Below, in pieces: positions 40,462 through 51,161 of a stretch of 64,000 nt of DNA (the first letter of the stretch is position 1; every line of letters starts with the position of its first letter). The notes under the pieces were generated by a model that saw only the letters and a program-made list of their open reading frames with translations, made no database searches and was not told the DNA's origin. Source of the stretch: Minisyncoccota bacterium (lineage in GTDB: Bacteria > Patescibacteriota > Minisyncoccia > Phycocordibacterales > PALSA-1337). Location of the stretch: NCBI GenBank assembly GCA_041663145.1, contig JBAZRG010000001.1:254984-318983 (forward strand), read 5' to 3'. Both the position numbers and the translations under genes were made by a program.

Positions 40462-41073
40462 TTAAATCCAATCCATGACCGGCGACTTCTTGCGAAACCG
40501 ATAGACACAGAGTGGAACGGTTATGCAGAAACTCCCGACTGTCATGTAGATTGGCAAAATCAGATTCGCAAGCGTGAAATCGGAAATCGCAAAGAAGTTC
40601 AAGCTGTAGGCGACGGAGAAGAATCCCCACGCAAACGGCCTGTCTTGATCCGGCGACTTCCAAAGAAACGCTATGGTCGGAAGACATGCGAAGCTGTCGG
40701 CAACTATGGCTACATACAACGCGTATTGAACAAGGTCCTTGCTCTCCCTCATAAACAGCCACATCACTAAAGAAATGATGCCGAAGATAAGACAGACAAT
40801 ATCTAACTTGTTCAACTTTGTTCGCTCGTACTGCCGTTTGAAGGCAATAAGAGTGACAATGAGCGGATTCGTGAATCCGAACACCGCAGCCCAGACGTTT
40901 GCTTTTGCGCCGGAGCTTTTGTAAGTCAGGAGCAATGCGAGACCTATGAAAGTCCACAAACTCCAGCTCGTAATGTTCGGATGAACCTTCTTCTGGTAAG
41001 TCCGAATCGCGTAAGGTATTACACTTACAACGATCAGAATGCCGGAAATCAGTCCGATTAATTCTTTGTCCAA
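40462..41073 (-). CDS. Hypothetical multi-TM membrane protein (PQ-loop-like)
   Basis: IPY......PN..SW.LW; LPT...W..P; TTG start after RBS gaaggga. Confidence 0.75.
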   Translation of the reverse strand: MDKELIGLISGILIVVSVIPYAIRTYQKKVHPNITSWSLWTFIGLALLLTYKSSGAKANVWAAVFGFTNPLIVTLIAFKRQYERTKLNKLDIVCLIFGIISLVMWLFMRESKDLVQYALYVAIVADSFACLPTIAFLWKSPDQDRPFAWGFFSVAYSLNFFAISDFTLANLILPIYMTVGSFCITVPLCVYRFRKKSPVMDWI

Positions 41074-41208
41074 GGATTGCTCCCTTCTTGGTTAATTGTT
41101 TTATTGTGAAGAGCTGAAACTCTTAGGGGCACGACATCTCTGTCATGATCCCAGTTGAGTGGAGGATTGTAAATGGAACACAATCCTCCTTTATGAAACC
41201 GAAACGTA

Positions 41209-41880
41209 TCAGTTTGCCCGCACAATGGTATAGGGGTAATAACCAATTGTTGAATCAGTACCCCATGCTTCCAGGGTGCAGTCTCGCAGGGTAGCATTAT
41301 CGCCGAAATAGAGACAGCGATATTCTTTCTGCATCCCCAGATGGGTCGAATATGGTCCCCAAACGGGAAACTTTCCCTTGAAGACAAACAATACGCCACT
41401 GTCGCCGAGTCTCGTAGGACCATTCGTTGAAACAAGCCGTTCAACCTCTTGCTTCAGGAATGCCAGCGTCTCATCGTCGGTTGCAGTCTTGTACCACTCG
41501 AAGTTGGTCGTCGTGATATCAATCCTGATAAGGACCCTGTTGAAGTTTTCCACGAAGACCATTTGAAGAGGCCGCCCACGGAAGTTTCCGTAGGTGATGA
41601 TCGTGTCATCTCCATCGTGTGCAATGCCGTGTTGAAAAACAGCCGGAGGCATCTGGGGGACATTCGGTCCTTTGACACGATTGAATGCTTCCGAACTACT
41701 TGAGGTGTCCTCGAGCTGAGGCGGCCAGTGCAATTTTTCCAGAGCAACGTATCTCCGTTCCGATGCGGCCAATTGCCTCTCAAGCGAGTCGGCTCGATTT
41801 TTAAATGAGAGTGCGGCACCCAATGACACCGCGATTGCTGCAACGAATGCTATGACTACCAATTTTTGTGTCGTCTTCAT
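41209..41880 (-). CDS. Hypothetical exported protein
   Basis: Signal/TM at MKTTQKLVVIAF; promoter TTGACT-N17-TACAAT at 41969-41997. Confidence 0.6.
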   Translation of the reverse strand: MKTTQKLVVIAFVAAIAVSLGAALSFKNRADSLERQLAASERRYVALEKLHWPPQLEDTSSSSEAFNRVKGPNVPQMPPAVFQHGIAHDGDDTIITYGNFRGRPLQMVFVENFNRVLIRIDITTTNFEWYKTATDDETLAFLKQEVERLVSTNGPTRLGDSGVLFVFKGKFPVWGPYSTHLGMQKEYRCLYFGDNATLRDCTLEAWGTDSTIGYYPYTIVRAN

Positions 41881-42027
41881 AACAATGTACTGAGTACTGA
41901 TTTTGTCCGAACCTCCCCTTTTCGAGGGTACTAAACGGACATTTGTTGAGGTATTCAAATCTGGCGGTATTGTAACAAATTACGTAATGAAAGTCAACCT
42001 CTGTCCAATTTACAGCTTGGAAATCTG

Positions 42028-42052
42028 TGTCCACTTTATGGGGTACAGATCA
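42028..42052 (-). mobile_element. Solo IS3-family-like terminal inverted repeat
   Basis: Minus strand TGATCTGTACCCCATAAAGTGGACA. Confidence 0.65.
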
Positions 42053-42139
42053 ATTGCGGAGGCAATACATAGTCGCTATAGCTCCTTGTATTGCACTCTC
42101 GCAAAATATATTCGTTCGCGTTGCTCACTCATTATTTTG

Positions 42140-42224
42140 CGGAGGGTAAGGGATTCGAACCCTTGGTGGGTTGCCCCACACACGCTTTCCAAGCGTGCGC
42201 ACTAGACCGCTATGCGAACCCTCC
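42140..42224 (-). tRNA. tRNA-Ser(GGA)
   Basis: ggagggt...accctccg; loop ttggaaa; long variable arm. Confidence 0.95.
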
Positions 42225-42331
42225 ATTTACAACATTTACATGATCATTCGTGTGATCAGATTATCAGAGACTACGCACGAAGTCACGCATCATCTTATTA
42301 AAACTATGTGTTGTCCTTTGGAGTTACGGTA

Positions 42332-42505
42332 AGACCCCAACATAATGTTCCCGAAACAATCCGAGTTGCGATTGAGCTTCGAAAAATTACCCGTGTTTGG
42401 TGAAGCCTTGGAACCAAACACGGTTGTAATTTGAGAAGCGATTACGCGATCGAGCACGATCGCCTACTGGGGAGGATTGTGGCGGGAACATTATGTTGGG
42501 GGTCT
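42332..42505. mobile_element. MITE-like family B copy 2 (inverted, with an extra internal hairpin)
   Basis: Same TIRs and core; insert containing cgatcg-agca-cgatcg. Confidence 0.85.
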
Positions 42506-42517
42506 ATATGTATATTC

Positions 42518-43429
42518 CTAGTTCATATTCATATCTGTACCTCTTAGTGCCGCAACCCTCTCTCCCACCGGCGGATGAGTCATGAAAAGTTTCGAGATGC
42601 CAGAAACTGACTTTGCGCCAAATGGACTCGAAATGAAGAGGTGCGCTGTTGCAGTGTTCGCACGCAACATCGGTGACCCGTAAGCGGAGATTTTTTCTAG
42701 AGCCGAAGCCAATCCTTCCGGATATCTGGTGAGGAGAGCACCACTAGCATCAGCTAGAAATTCCCTCTTCCTCGATATAGCAAGCTTGATAAGTTCAGCA
42801 ACAACCGGAGACAAAACAACAAAAACAATGCCGACCACAAAGAGGATGGCACCGAGTTGTCCCCCGCCACTCCTATTACTACTTCTTCTGCCACCTAATA
42901 TTCCGCGTGTAAATATATTTGCCAAGATCGAAATAAAACCAACCAAGACTACAACGACAGTCTGCAATAATATATCTCGATTCCCGATATGCGAAAGTTC
43001 GTGAGCTATAACTCCAGAGAGCTCATTCGTATCCATCATACCCAAAAGTCCGGTCGTGACTGCTATCGCGGCATGTTCCTTGTCACGACCAGTCGCAAAA
43101 GCATTTGGAGCTGAGTCTTCAATGATGTGAATACTCGGTGCTGGCAGACCTGCAGTTATTGAGAGATTATCCACTACACGAAACAATTCCGGATACTGTT
43201 CACTACTTGCCGGCTTGGCTCCAGCCAAAGCCAGAGATATTTTGTCCGAATACCAATAGCTCGTAACATTCATCACTAGAGCGAAAATGATCGCAACGTA
43301 TAGTATCACTTGTGCATCATAGTAGTAAGAGATAAACCAACCCAGAGCAATAACAACGACCAAGAAAACAGTCATGAGAAACCATGTTTTCCTTACATTG
43401 CTATCTTGATGTGAATACAGAGTCGACAT
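42518..43429 (-). CDS. htpX: Protease HtpX (M48 family)
   Basis: PNAFATG, HELSH, SRKREFLADA, THPP. Confidence 0.93.
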   Translation of the reverse strand: MSTLYSHQDSNVRKTWFLMTVFLVVVIALGWFISYYYDAQVILYVAIIFALVMNVTSYWYSDKISLALAGAKPASSEQYPELFRVVDNLSITAGLPAPSIHIIEDSAPNAFATGRDKEHAAIAVTTGLLGMMDTNELSGVIAHELSHIGNRDILLQTVVVVLVGFISILANIFTRGILGGRRSSNRSGGGQLGAILFVVGIVFVVLSPVVAELIKLAISRKREFLADASGALLTRYPEGLASALEKISAYGSPMLRANTATAHLFISSPFGAKSVSGISKLFMTHPPVGERVAALRGTDMNMN

Positions 43430-43984
43430 CTAGAACTTGACTGCAACTGGTTGCTTGGCGGCGGCATCTGCGGCATCCAGCTGATAAAATTCCATAGCAC
43501 CAAAATGGAATGCACTTGCTATGATATTGCCCGGAAAAACCTGAATAGTCGTATTCAAGTCTCGAACATTGCCATTGTAAAATCTTCTGGCCGCTTGAAT
43601 CTTGTTCTCAGTATCACTGAGTTCTGTTTGCAATGCCAAAAAGTTTTGATTTGCCTTTAGTTCTGGATAGGCTTCTGCTATAGCAAAGACTGATTTCAAA
43701 GCACCAGCCAAAGTGGCCTCGGCTTGACCTTTGTCGGCGATATTGCCAGCTCCCATAGCTGCTGCTCTAGCTTTTGTAACATTTTCGAAGGCACTGGCCT
43801 CGTGAGTAGCATAGCCCTTTACTGTACTCACTAGATTTGGAATAAGATCATAACGACGCTTGAGTTGGACATCGATATCAGCCCAAGCTTCCTTTGCCCG
43901 ATTTATCATGGTGATGAGTTTGTTGTAAGAAAATACAACCCAAAGCACTATGACTACTATTATCGCGATAATTGCGTAAATCAT
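43430..43984 (-). CDS. lemA: LemA-family protein
   Basis: IDVQLKRRYDLIPNLV, AEAYPELKANQNF. Confidence 0.95.
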   Translation of the reverse strand: MIYAIIAIIVVIVLWVVFSYNKLITMINRAKEAWADIDVQLKRRYDLIPNLVSTVKGYATHEASAFENVTKARAAAMGAGNIADKGQAEATLAGALKSVFAIAEAYPELKANQNFLALQTELSDTENKIQAARRFYNGNVRDLNTTIQVFPGNIIASAFHFGAMEFYQLDAADAAAKQPVAVKF

Positions 43985-43997
43985 ATTAGATGATAAA

Positions 43998-44687
43998 TTA
44001 TTTCTTTACAGGCGAAGCTTTTGACTCATCGACTCCGACAGGACCAGTGACGAAAGCGAATGATTTGACCATCGTCGTAAATTCCGCGTCAGCGCTATTA
44101 ACAATAGCGATATTGTTGTTTCTGGCTTGAGTTAGATTTGAACCAGTGAGTTTCTTGCTTTCTGGAGAAAGGGCGATCGAAGAGAAGTGGAAAATGTAAC
44201 AAATCGATCCTTTTTGCAGAGAATACATTCTGTTTACATATGAACGACCCTGTACCGTGCTCGACATCGATATCATATTTACCGCATTGCCAGCGATGGT
44301 CAGAGTTCCACGATCTTTGATTGTGGTGACTGGTGGAAACGCACATTTACCCTGGAAGACGTTGATCTCGGCCTGAAGCTTGGCAACTGTCGAGACTTGG
44401 CTCTGATCGATAGGCATGATGAAAGTTACACCAGCATCAGTCGCATTTGCTTCCCATGTATTTGGATAATCGACGGAGAATCCAAGTTCAGAATTCTGAA
44501 ATTGAGAAATCTTTCCTGTAACTTTTGTAGTCTCCGATACCGGCACTGGTGCGGTCGAAGCTGTACTTGTACCATTTTTATTCGATCCATCTGGAAGATT
44601 AGAATCATCACTCGGGGATTTACCGAGTACCAATATGAGTACAATGATAATTACAAGGGCTACTATTCCAATAATTGATTTTTTCAT
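43998..44687 (-). CDS. Hypothetical membrane-anchored protein (PsbP-like body)
   Basis: N-terminal TM; N.ELGFSVDYP..W; MVKSF.F. Confidence 0.65.
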   Translation of the reverse strand: MKKSIIGIVALVIIIVLILVLGKSPSDDSNLPDGSNKNGTSTASTAPVPVSETTKVTGKISQFQNSELGFSVDYPNTWEANATDAGVTFIMPIDQSQVSTVAKLQAEINVFQGKCAFPPVTTIKDRGTLTIAGNAVNMISMSSTVQGRSYVNRMYSLQKGSICYIFHFSSIALSPESKKLTGSNLTQARNNNIAIVNSADAEFTTMVKSFAFVTGPVGVDESKASPVKK

Positions 44688-44753
44688 TTTGATTAATAAG
44701 AGATGCTAATAATTGCAAATAAATGCATTTGTGGATTATACCACAAGTTCACC

Positions 44754-46394
44754 CTAGTAATCCATCTCAGGCGCACTTCCATGAGATGCCGTCTTCTTTT
44801 CTTCGGGCATATCAGCCACGGCCGCTTCGGTGGTAAGCAATATGGCGGCCGCTGAACAAGCATTTTCTACACCCAAACGAGTGACTTTGACTGGATCGAC
44901 AATACCAGCTTGTATCATATCTGGGATCATCTCATCTTTTAGAGCATCGAAACCAATGCCTCCTTTACCATTTTTGATCTTATCGACTATTACCGACCCA
45001 TCATCTTTTCCAGCATTCACAGCAATCTGTTTTAATGGCGACTCTAAAGCTTTAAGAACTATCTCATATCCGAGTTGTTGTTCTTTGGTCAAATTTTTTT
45101 TATTTGCCGCCAATTTTGCAACCTCACTCTGAGCACGGATGAGTGCTACTCCACCTCCAGCCACTATACCCTCTTCGATCGCCGCCTTTGTGGCATTGAC
45201 CGCGTCTTCGATCTTGAGTTTCAAATACTTCATCTCAGTTTGAGTGGCCGCTCCGACTCGAATGACCGCCACGCCGCCCGTGAGTTTGGCTATTCTTTCA
45301 TCAAACTTTTCCTTATCATATTTCGATTCGGTTGCTTCGCGCTGTTTTTTGAGCTGATCTGCCCTCTCTTGAATATCGGTTTTCTTACCCTTTCCACCGA
45401 CTATGATCGTATTATCTTTCGTTGATATTACTTTTCTGGCTTTACCAAGAGCGGACAAAGCAGTATTTTCAAATTTCATTCCAACATCTTCAGAGATGAC
45501 AGTTGCTCCAACTGTGACCGCTATATCAGCCAATATATCTTTCTTTCTGTCTCCATAACCGGGTGCTTTTATAGCTAGGACATTGAATGTACCTCGGAGT
45601 TTATTTACTACAAATGTAGCCAGAGCTTCACCGTCGACATCTTCGGCAATTATGACAAGATCTTTTTTGCCCGATTGTGCCAACTGTTCCAAAATCGGCA
45701 ATATTTCCTTCACAGTCGAGATTTTCTTGTCCGTAATCAAAATCGCTGGATCATTGAATTCTGCTTCCATCCGTTCCGGATTGGTGATCATGTAAGCTGA
45801 GACATAACCTTTATCAAATTCTATACCCTCGACAATCTCTGATTCCAAAGTGGTCGATTGAGATTCTTCCACTGTAACTACACCATCTTTGCCGACTTTT
45901 TTTATAGTATCAGCGATGATCGCGCCGAGTTCAGGTGATTCGGCAGAAATAGTTGCAACCTGACGGATCTCATCGTCGGATTTGATCGGTTTGGCGATAT
46001 TCTTCAAAGCCAAAACTACATCTTTCGAAGCCGCTTCTATACCAAATCTGAGCCCCATCGCATTTACACCCATAGATGTATGCTTCATTCCCTCGTCAAT
46101 GATCGCTTGAATGAGAATAGTAGCTGTAGTCGTACCATCCCCCGCCAGATCGTTAGTTTTGGAAGCGACTTCCTTGGCGATTTCTGCTCCCATGTTTTCG
46201 AACTTATCAGAAAGAGTGATTTCTCTGGCTATAGAAACACCGTCATTTGTAATAGTCGGCGAACCGTAACCTTTGTCCAGGACGACATTGCGACCACGCG
46301 GTCCGATGGTGATCTTGACGGCGTCAGCTACAATATCGACTCCTTTTTTCAGAGCTCGTCGAGCTTCTTCTCTATAAAGTATCTTTTTTGCCAT
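44754..46394 (-). CDS. groL: Chaperonin GroEL
   Basis: [24 protein letters not shown]. Confidence 0.98.
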   Translation of the reverse strand: MAKKILYREEARRALKKGVDIVADAVKITIGPRGRNVVLDKGYGSPTITNDGVSIAREITLSDKFENMGAEIAKEVASKTNDLAGDGTTTATILIQAIIDEGMKHTSMGVNAMGLRFGIEAASKDVVLALKNIAKPIKSDDEIRQVATISAESPELGAIIADTIKKVGKDGVVTVEESQSTTLESEIVEGIEFDKGYVSAYMITNPERMEAEFNDPAILITDKKISTVKEILPILEQLAQSGKKDLVIIAEDVDGEALATFVVNKLRGTFNVLAIKAPGYGDRKKDILADIAVTVGATVISEDVGMKFENTALSALGKARKVISTKDNTIIVGGKGKKTDIQERADQLKKQREATESKYDKEKFDERIAKLTGGVAVIRVGAATQTEMKYLKLKIEDAVNATKAAIEEGIVAGGGVALIRAQSEVAKLAANKKNLTKEQQLGYEIVLKALESPLKQIAVNAGKDDGSVIVDKIKNGKGGIGFDALKDEMIPDMIQAGIVDPVKVTRLGVENACSAAAILLTTEAAVADMPEEKKTASHGSAPEMDY

Positions 46395-46457
46395 ATTATT
46401 TGGTATTTAAAAATCGAAAATGGAGACTACCATTTTCACTGATAATTTTTCTTTCAA

Positions 46458-46763
46458 CTATTTGATGATCGCCAAAATCTCACTTTCTCTAACAATATAA
46501 TATTCCTCATCATCAATCTTGACCTTATCACCCCACTGAAACAATACTTTATCTCCAACTTTCACAACTACAGGAATAACTTTTCCTTCTTCTATTCGAC
46601 CAGCACCAACAGACATAACAACTCCCCTCTTGCCTCCCTTGTCTTCATTGACTGTGATCGGAATGATGATGCCAGATGAAGTCTTTTTTTCCTTGCCGTC
46701 GATATCTTCTTTGATGATGATACGATCCGAAAGCGGTTTGATCTTTTTTGATATATCTTTCAT
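46458..46763 (-). CDS. groS: Co-chaperonin GroES
   Basis: IKPLSDRI, SGIIIP, VKVGDKVLF, ESEILA. Confidence 0.96.
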   Translation of the reverse strand: MKDISKKIKPLSDRIIIKEDIDGKEKKTSSGIIIPITVNEDKGGKRGVVMSVGAGRIEEGKVIPVVVKVGDKVLFQWGDKVKIDDEEYYIVRESEILAIIK

Positions 46764-46937
46764 GGATTTTAGTGGTTATATTGATAATGTATACTTTCTG
46801 GAAGGTTCCTAAGTAACGCCATAACTGATTACATTCTCATTATAGTCAGGAACAGCTTACTTACAACTTGACAGTACATATATAGAGTGACCATCTTTTC
46901 TTGCAAAAAAAATATGATTATGCTAATCTCAGAACCA

Positions 46938-47159
46938 ATGAAGTCACTCCTTCCCTACATACAAATCATTTTGTCAGTGCTTCTTGTTGCCGCTATTCTC
47001 ATCCAAAGGACTGGTGCACAAGTCGGAGGCGCTTTCGGAGGCAGTGATAATTTCAGTTCCGCATTTCATACACGTCGCGGAGTGGAAAAAGGTCTATTCA
47101 TAGCTACTATTATTATTGCTATTCTTTTTGGACTCTCCGCTCTAGTCAACATCATCTAG
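46938..47159 (+). CDS. secG: Preprotein translocase subunit SecG
   Basis: ILIQ.....GGAFGG......RRG.EK; two TM helices. Confidence 0.88.
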   Translation: MKSLLPYIQIILSVLLVAAILIQRTGAQVGGAFGGSDNFSSAFHTRRGVEKGLFIATIIIAILFGLSALVNII

Positions 47160-47172
47160 TACTCATCACACT

Positions 47173-48942
47173 GTGAACCAACCCATCTCTCCAAAAGAAT
47201 TTCGCCTAAAAGGCGGAAACAAAATATTGGATTATCTTCGCCAATTCAGTGCAACCGAAAAGGTGGTATTTGGCGTACTCATCATATTGGCTGGTATATC
47301 GACTCTTCTTATGACAAATAAGATCAATTCTCATTTGGTTACCGAGATCCCGGGTTACGGTGGCACTTTGCACGAAGGTGTGGTCGGTCTACCACGCACC
47401 ATAAATCCGGTCCTAGCAGTGACCGATGTTGACCGCGATCTTTCAAATCTCATTTATTCCGGACTGATGCGACAATCCGAAGGCAAACTCATACCAGATC
47501 TAGCCAAGTCATACAAAATCTCCGATGATGGACTAGTCTACACTTTTATACTCAATGACCGTATCCATTTTCATGATGGACAAGCCCTAACAGCCGAAGA
47601 TATCGCTTTCACTATTCAGAAAATCCAGGATCCAGCATTGAAGAGTCCGCGTAAGGCTGATTGGGCCAATGTCACCACAAAAGTTCTTTCGCCAAATTCA
47701 ATCGAATTTATTCTAAAACAGCCGTATAGCCCTTTCCTTTCAAATACAACGATTGGCGTATTACCAAAACATATTTGGAAAGATGTCAGTAATGATCAGT
47801 TTATTTTTAGTGAATACAATATCGATCCTATTGGTTCTGGACCATTCAAAGCAAAGTCAATCCTTCGTGATAAAGGAGGGATACCGATAAGATACACTCT
47901 CTCAGTCAATAAAGATTATAATAACAGCATTCCTTTTCTCAAATCTATCGAATTTCATTTTTTTGCCGATGAAGAAAAAGCTCTTTCAGCACTTGATAAT
48001 GGAGAGATCGACAGTCTACCATCGATTTCATCCGGCGAAGCCGCTCGTTTGGCATCAAATAAAAATCAAGGATACAATATTTTATCCGCCCCATTGCCAC
48101 GAATCTTTGGAGTTTTCTTTAACCAGTCCCAATCAACCGTGCTAGCGGATATCAATGTTCGCAAAGCTCTAAATCTGGCTGTTGATCGTCAGAATATTAT
48201 CGATCAGGCTTTGGATGGTTACGGACAAGCTATTGAAGGACCTTTCCCGATCGATCTAATAGAGACTGCCAGTTCGAGCGGATCAATCTCCAATCCAGTA
48301 ATCTCCAAGGCCGATATTGCTTCCGCAAAGACTATCCTAGAAGCAGGTGGTTGGAAAAAGAATACTTCGACTGGAATATATGAGTTTACAAAAAAAGGTT
48401 CCAAGACTGTTCAAACCCTATCTTTTGATATTTACACTGCTGATTCCGCCGATCTCAAGCTAGCCGCCGAGCTGATAAAAGCCGATTGGACCGCTCTTGG
48501 TGCCGACGTTAGTATCAAAATCTTCGAGGCATCCGATTTGTATCAAAACATCATCCGAACCAGAAAATATGATGCACTATTATTTGGTCAATCTATAGGC
48601 AAAGATCGTGACCTATACGCTTTTTGGCATTCTTCACAACGCAATCAACCTGGATTGAATATCGCCATGTATACGAACAGTAAAGCTGACAAGATTTTGG
48701 AAGATATAAGGACAATAAAAACTAATGCCCTACTACAAACCAAATACAAAGAATTCCAAAAATTGATTGCTGCTGATATCCCCGCCATATTCCTGTATTC
48801 ACCGGATTTTATCTATGCAGTACCAAAGCGATTGAAAGATATCAATCTGACCGCCATTGATATTCCATCCGATCGTCTAAATTCAGTGAGCAAATGGTAT
48901 ATCAACATCGAAAAAGTCTGGAAAATATTCGTAAAAAATTAA
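47173..48942 (+). CDS. ABC transporter substrate-binding protein, family 5
   Basis: LIYSGL...PDLA.SY.IS.DG.VYTF.L...FHDG..LTAED; PIGSGPF. Confidence 0.9.
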   Translation: MNQPISPKEFRLKGGNKILDYLRQFSATEKVVFGVLIILAGISTLLMTNKINSHLVTEIPGYGGTLHEGVVGLPRTINPVLAVTDVDRDLSNLIYSGLMRQSEGKLIPDLAKSYKISDDGLVYTFILNDRIHFHDGQALTAEDIAFTIQKIQDPALKSPRKADWANVTTKVLSPNSIEFILKQPYSPFLSNTTIGVLPKHIWKDVSNDQFIFSEYNIDPIGSGPFKAKSILRDKGGIPIRYTLSVNKDYNNSIPFLKSIEFHFFADEEKALSALDNGEIDSLPSISSGEAARLASNKNQGYNILSAPLPRIFGVFFNQSQSTVLADINVRKALNLAVDRQNIIDQALDGYGQAIEGPFPIDLIETASSSGSISNPVISKADIASAKTILEAGGWKKNTSTGIYEFTKKGSKTVQTLSFDIYTADSADLKLAAELIKADWTALGADVSIKIFEASDLYQNIIRTRKYDALLFGQSIGKDRDLYAFWHSSQRNQPGLNIAMYTNSKADKILEDIRTIKTNALLQTKYKEFQKLIAADIPAIFLYSPDFIYAVPKRLKDINLTAIDIPSDRLNSVSKWYINIEKVWKIFVKN

Positions 48943-48946
48943 CACT

Positions 48947-50950
48947 ATGCAAAATCAAAAACCCTATAACAATAGACCAAATAATAATTTCACGAGACGT
49001 CCTTTGCCACAACCGCAGACACGCATCATGCACAACGACAATCCATCAGTAAAACCGGCAACAGTGACACCGACGCCAAGAGTCGGCATAGACAATGGCA
49101 ACGGACACAGGATAGTTCTCGGCAAAGGTGCCCGTAAGCATCCCGAAGCATTGCGACATATAGCTGGCGCTCGTATGAACGTTATTCGCAAAGAATCACG
49201 ACCAATGAAAAGAGGTGGTCCTTCACGCCCTCTTACCCATCACAAAGGCGAAGATGTCATTCCAGTTTTGGCGCCAAATTCGATCCGAATAGTACCATTG
49301 GGCGGAGTCGAGGAGATCGGACGCAATATGACAGCAGTCGAATTTGGAGATGATATCATCGTCATCGATATCGGCTTTCAATTTCGTGATGAAAATACTC
49401 CTGGTATAGATTACATCCTGCCAAATACGAAATATCTCGAAGAACGCCAAAACAAAGTTCGAGCGGTTTTGGTCACTCACGGACACCTAGACCACATCGG
49501 AGGTATACCTTATATCATGCCTCGAATCGGAAATCCGCCACTCTACACTCGCATGCTCACGTCAGTATTGATCCAAAAAAGACAGGAGGAGTTTCCACAT
49601 GTTCCCAAACTCGATATTCGAGTCATAGAAAAAAATGAAACCATAACTGTCGGTAAACTCAAAGTCAAATTCTTCGCAGTAACCCACACCATACCGGATG
49701 CTATGGGAATCATCATCGAGACTCCTTACGGTTCGATAGTTCATACGGGAGACTTGAAACTAGATCATATGGACGGCATCGTCGATCCTGTCGAAGAAGC
49801 CGAGTATGATCGGGCTTTCAAAAATGAAAAAGTACTACTTCTCATGGCTGATTCGACCAACGTTGAAAATCCAGGATTTTCGATACCGGAAAAAGTAGTT
49901 CACAAGAACATCGAAGAGATCATAAAGAACATGCAAGGACGGTTGATCATCGCCACATTCTCTTCCCTATTGGAAAGAATCTTGAAGATCATCGACTTTG
50001 CCGAAAAATACGGAAAGAAAGTAGTCGTCGAAGGACGAAGTATGAAAAATAACATCGAGATCTGCAAACATCTCGGTCTGCTCAAAGCCAAAAACGAGAC
50101 AATGATCACAACAGATGACATCGAAAATTTCCCGCCAGAACGCATAGTTATACTGGCAACCGGAGCCCAGGGAGATGAATTTGCCGCAATGATGCGTATG
50201 TCAAACAAAACTCACGCCAAGATCAGAATAACCCCACGCGATACGATCATGCTTTCTTCTTCGGTTATTCCAGGCAATGAAAGGGCCGTGCAAAAACTCA
50301 AAGACAATCTTTCGAGACAAGGAGCCAAGATCATTCATTATCGTATAGCAGACGTTCACTCATCCGGACATGCCAACCGCGACGAGACAGCCTGGATACA
50401 CAAAAAGATCCATCCGAAATTCTTCATCCCTTGCCACGGATATCACTACATGTTGCGTGTTCACGGCGAGATCGCCAAGGACGCCAATGGTCTCAAAGAA
50501 GAGGATATAATCATTCCAGACAATAGTTCCATAATTGAAATCCAAAATGACGGAGGCAAAATTGTTAAACTAAAAGAAAAAGCTGCGTCAGGACTGGTCT
50601 TAGTTGATGGATTTTCTGTCGGAGATGTCCAAGATGTCGTTATCCGAGATCGTCAAATGTTGGCGCAAGATGGTATATTTATAATATTCGGTATCGTCAA
50701 TGCAGAAAACGGTAGGCTGAAGAAATCTCCAGATATTATCTCTCGCGGTTTCGTCTATCTACGTGAATCTCAAGATCTTTTGCATGAAGTCCGTCTAATA
50801 ATCAAAGATACTGTGGACAAATCAACTCGCGGTCAAAATCCGATCAATGTTGATTTCGTAAAAGATGCAATCACCGATGCAGTCAGTAAATTCCTACTCC
50901 AAAAGACAGCAAAGAGGCCGATGGTTATTCCGGTTATTTTGACGATTTAA
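48947..50950 (+). CDS. rnj: Ribonuclease J
   Basis: PLGGVEEIGRNM, THGHLDHIG, HTGD, HSSGH, SRGFVY. Confidence 0.95.
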   Translation: MQNQKPYNNRPNNNFTRRPLPQPQTRIMHNDNPSVKPATVTPTPRVGIDNGNGHRIVLGKGARKHPEALRHIAGARMNVIRKESRPMKRGGPSRPLTHHKGEDVIPVLAPNSIRIVPLGGVEEIGRNMTAVEFGDDIIVIDIGFQFRDENTPGIDYILPNTKYLEERQNKVRAVLVTHGHLDHIGGIPYIMPRIGNPPLYTRMLTSVLIQKRQEEFPHVPKLDIRVIEKNETITVGKLKVKFFAVTHTIPDAMGIIIETPYGSIVHTGDLKLDHMDGIVDPVEEAEYDRAFKNEKVLLLMADSTNVENPGFSIPEKVVHKNIEEIIKNMQGRLIIATFSSLLERILKIIDFAEKYGKKVVVEGRSMKNNIEICKHLGLLKAKNETMITTDDIENFPPERIVILATGAQGDEFAAMMRMSNKTHAKIRITPRDTIMLSSSVIPGNERAVQKLKDNLSRQGAKIIHYRIADVHSSGHANRDETAWIHKKIHPKFFIPCHGYHYMLRVHGEIAKDANGLKEEDIIIPDNSSIIEIQNDGGKIVKLKEKAASGLVLVDGFSVGDVQDVVIRDRQMLAQDGIFIIFGIVNAENGRLKKSPDIISRGFVYLRESQDLLHEVRLIIKDTVDKSTRGQNPINVDFVKDAITDAVSKFLLQKTAKRPMVIPVILTI

Positions 50951-50961
50951 TAATCTCTTGG

Positions 50962-51115
50962 AGAGCTCGGTGGATGTTGTGCTGACACAACCAGCAAGGT
51001 CACCCGCTCCAAATTGCAACCGTATTAGAGCAGATGGAACTACTCTAATACGGGCAATTTGTTCGGGGTTCAAATCGCATTGCAAGTCATGCAAAAACAG
51101 TATGTACCGAGCTCT
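50962..51115. repeat. Long structured hairpin element, family D copy 2
   Basis: Outer stem agagctcggt/accgagctct; loops identical to copy 1, stems differ but still pair. Confidence 0.85.
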
Positions 51116-51161
51116 TCTGGAAACAGCCTAATCGAATATCTGCTATGAGAACTAATACTGC

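Noticed and set aside
40436-40957. N-terminal extension of the 304-aa ORF
   Set aside because: It overlaps the 40462-41073 membrane gene in another frame, and a strong RBS supports the start at 40435.
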